A stretch of DNA of 63,588 nt, the filler included, from Lenisia limosa (taxonomy: Eukaryota; Protista; Breviatea): NCBI GenBank assembly GCA_001655205.1. It is 13 parts of 13 records of this genome, joined end to end, with 100 filler letters (N's around TTAATTAATTAA, not from the genome) between each part and the next. Parts side by side here need not be neighbours in the genome. Positions count along the whole stretch, not along the records: positions 61,092 to 63,588 come from LPNZ01000884.1; 12 more parts are not named here. One strand, written 5' to 3'. Below the pieces are notes generated by a model, which worked only from the letters and a program-made list of their open reading frames with translations, had not been told where the DNA came from and did no database searches. Of this stretch, positions 61,110 through 63,588 are shown piece by piece. Within the stretch, counting starts at the first letter, position 1. Each line of letters begins with the position of its first letter. Position numbers and translations under genes: made by a program.

Positions 61110-63552
61110 AAAACAAATAAAGCCCAGGCCAGTCGCTTCTATACCACCGCGTCAGGTGAGAAGGGTGAAAAGGATGTCATGAAACAAAAACCTTTGACAA
61201 AAACGGTAAAAAATTATCTTGCCACAATAACCAAAGTAGGTATCTTCAATCACCGTTTTGTACCACAGTGAAAGAAGGCCCGGCCCGGTGGAAAGGGATA
61301 GGTCATCGACCGAATTTGGTAAATAGACATATTATAGTATCGTTTCAATAGAGCTTCACTTCGGTTCAAAATGACAGGTAAAATATCCATAGTTTTCGAG
61401 GAATTCAGTCTTTTTTTTGAACCGAAGTGAAGCCCTACTTATCATTCAGAAGGGAATATTATACTGGAATACAATATTAAAAAATACAAAAAAACCAGTG
61501 CGAACAGAATAAATTGTGCTTCAGCCGCATTTGAAATGACCCAAAAAAGTTAGGAGGAAAACGCAAAATCGGAACGGTGCTTACGTAAGAAATGACAGAT
61601 CCGCAGTTCAAATACTGATCTGAGTTGAATCCTGCATCATTGTAATGGGACCCGACGGCTGCAGTCTGAATCCATTATTAACTTGAAATGTGCAAGTCGA
61701 TTGATTATGGTCAAAGCTAAGGATTATGGTCAAAATGCTGTAAATCGATATCAGATCTAAGAATTATGGTCAACGTCATATTTTATAATATACAAATATA
61801 TGATATACATATCGATATACATAATACGCTATTTGGGTGTATGTATGATATGTCAGGCCATAATTCAAATGTACCTAGTATATATTATAACGTATATCAA
61901 TGGGGGTTTGATCCTATGTCTGGGAACTTTTCTTTTTATTCTTTTTTTTTAAAAAAAGAAACAAAAATTACCATGAAGTAAAATTGATGAACCAAGAAAT
62001 TAAAGAAGCGAATATGATCCGAGTGCTGTAATAAATTTGGTTTTTGAACCAAGGTAGCATATTCGAAGTAAAACCAAATATTGGTCTCATGGACAAATTT
62101 ATATCTACCTTTCATTTGTATATATAATGGGGGTATGTCATATCTCAGGGTGTGTCTGAACCCAAAAAAAAAAGTATATTATATTATATGATGTTCACCC
62201 TTGTGATGGTCAAAATGCTGTAAATTGATATAAGATCTAAGGATCATAATGATCAAATGGTAGATCAAAGGCCTTGACATTACGATAATCAATTCCAAAC
62301 AGCTATGAGCCGAAAACCCACGACAGGCACTTGAGTTGGCGTGAACACTGTCGAGAGTCCCCCTAATAAAACGCCGTCAACGTAGACGTTTTGTGTGCCG
62401 GATGCGCCGTTTGTGAACGCCACGTGCGTCCACTTGCCGGGTTCTAACATCGTAATATTATCATATGTAGAGATGAGAAATTAAACAACGCTGTTTGGCT
62501 GAATCCATCCACACTGTCACGCTTATGTGATATTGGATTTAATAAAGAAGCAAGAAAGAAAGAAATAAAATTCTGGGAAACAATATCACACACTGACTGC
62601 GATTTTATGACACTGGTCAATGATGTCCCCTAATTCTCATCCAAAGTGGATCATACCTCCCCCAATGGCTTTTTACAAGTATACATAGAGTGACCGAGAT
62701 AAGTCTTGCCTGACCCAAGTACTACCCTCATTCTTATCCAAAGTAGAGTCAGCCTACCCATGGTATATGCCAACGATTTGCCGTTGGTATTGCTGTGGTA
62801 AGATTGGAATCCGGATGAAAGCTGCCTGGTTAGTAAAGAGGTAGAGATGAATTTAGAATTTAGTAGTAACTCCCCCAATCATTTGCATTACAACACCGTT
62901 CACACAGCTTTCTGCGTGCCTCCCCAGCATACACTATAGCGAAAGATGGCGTGGTAGACATTCTTTGCCGCAGTGGTTGTGGCAAACATATGGAACCTAC
63001 CATTGTCGTTGATGTTTGAGAAGTACACTAAAGCCTGGAAGGAATGAGTTGCACAATAACTAGTGCTTTTCTACGGTCCAAAAAAAAGACTGAATTTCTC
63101 GAAAAAGCCTCGATGAATATCGATATTTTAACGTTAGTTTTCGAACTTTAGGGAAGCATAGGTCCTGACACGATTGACATAAGATAAAGCTCAAGATTCG
63201 TGTTATGAATTTTCGCAGTCAGTGTATGGTGTTGTTACGAGATCATATGATTGTATATTTCTCACACCTGTAATATACAATATCATATGATTTTACAAGT
63301 GGATATGGGTAAAATCATATCACTTTTCGGAGTCCACCCACACCCCCCGCATTATCTTGGAGTTGACTCAGAGAAGTGCATATTTCTAGCAATATTCCAC
63401 AGAAAAGCGGGCGAAATTCCAAAAAAACATTGTTTTTGCAATTTAAGTGGGCTTCCGCTTTAATATTTCACCTCAAAAGTCGACTCAGCTGGCCACGTGA
63501 AGGCCTTATTGAGCTCGGGAATCTGGCATCCCCCGTACAACTCGGGGGTCAC
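61110..63552 (-). CDS. LamG/concanavalin-A-like jelly-roll domain protein, fragment
   Basis: ESTFE|ALVYF and EPGKWTHVAFTNGASGTQNVYVDGVLLG match the LamG_3 motifs FT.EAWV and W.HVA.T......YVDG.L. Confidence 0.65.
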
Positions 63553-63588
63553 TCCTCCCTACCGAGTTAATAATAAAACAAAAGTGAA

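Overview
This is eukaryotic, intron-rich nuclear DNA from a probable protist; its EF-1alpha lacks the animal/fungal insertion, so it is not an opisthokont. The window is not one contiguous locus. Twelve artificial N-TTAATTAATTAA-N linkers join 13 draft scaffolds, and many internal N gaps sit next to G/C homopolymers. About 27 multi-exon genes or gene fragments can be spliced by hand. Clear calls are EF-1alpha, U1-C, cytidine deaminase and proteasome subunit Rpn5/PSMD12. Domain-level calls are kelch, SCI1-like, RS-repeat plus U-box, FAM166/CIMIP2-like, RBBP5-like, CHD-like, tandem BTB, ankyrin, ATAD2-like, TAF13-like, ELAPOR-like, PSI-TM, C1q-like, LamG-like and tropomyosin-like. Introns are bimodal: minimal ones of 31-35 nt, and long ones filled with a few short dispersed repeat families. 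Some of these families are ordinary-looking MITEs (hAT-type with 8-bp target duplications, Tc1/mariner-type with TA). Two non-palindromic families are more striking: family D lies in the same orientation relative to the host transcript in every copy seen and carries a UUCG hairpin, and family C repeatedly forms the 3' end of introns. All gene calls come from manual translation and remembered family motifs; no database searches were run, and many boundaries are approximate.
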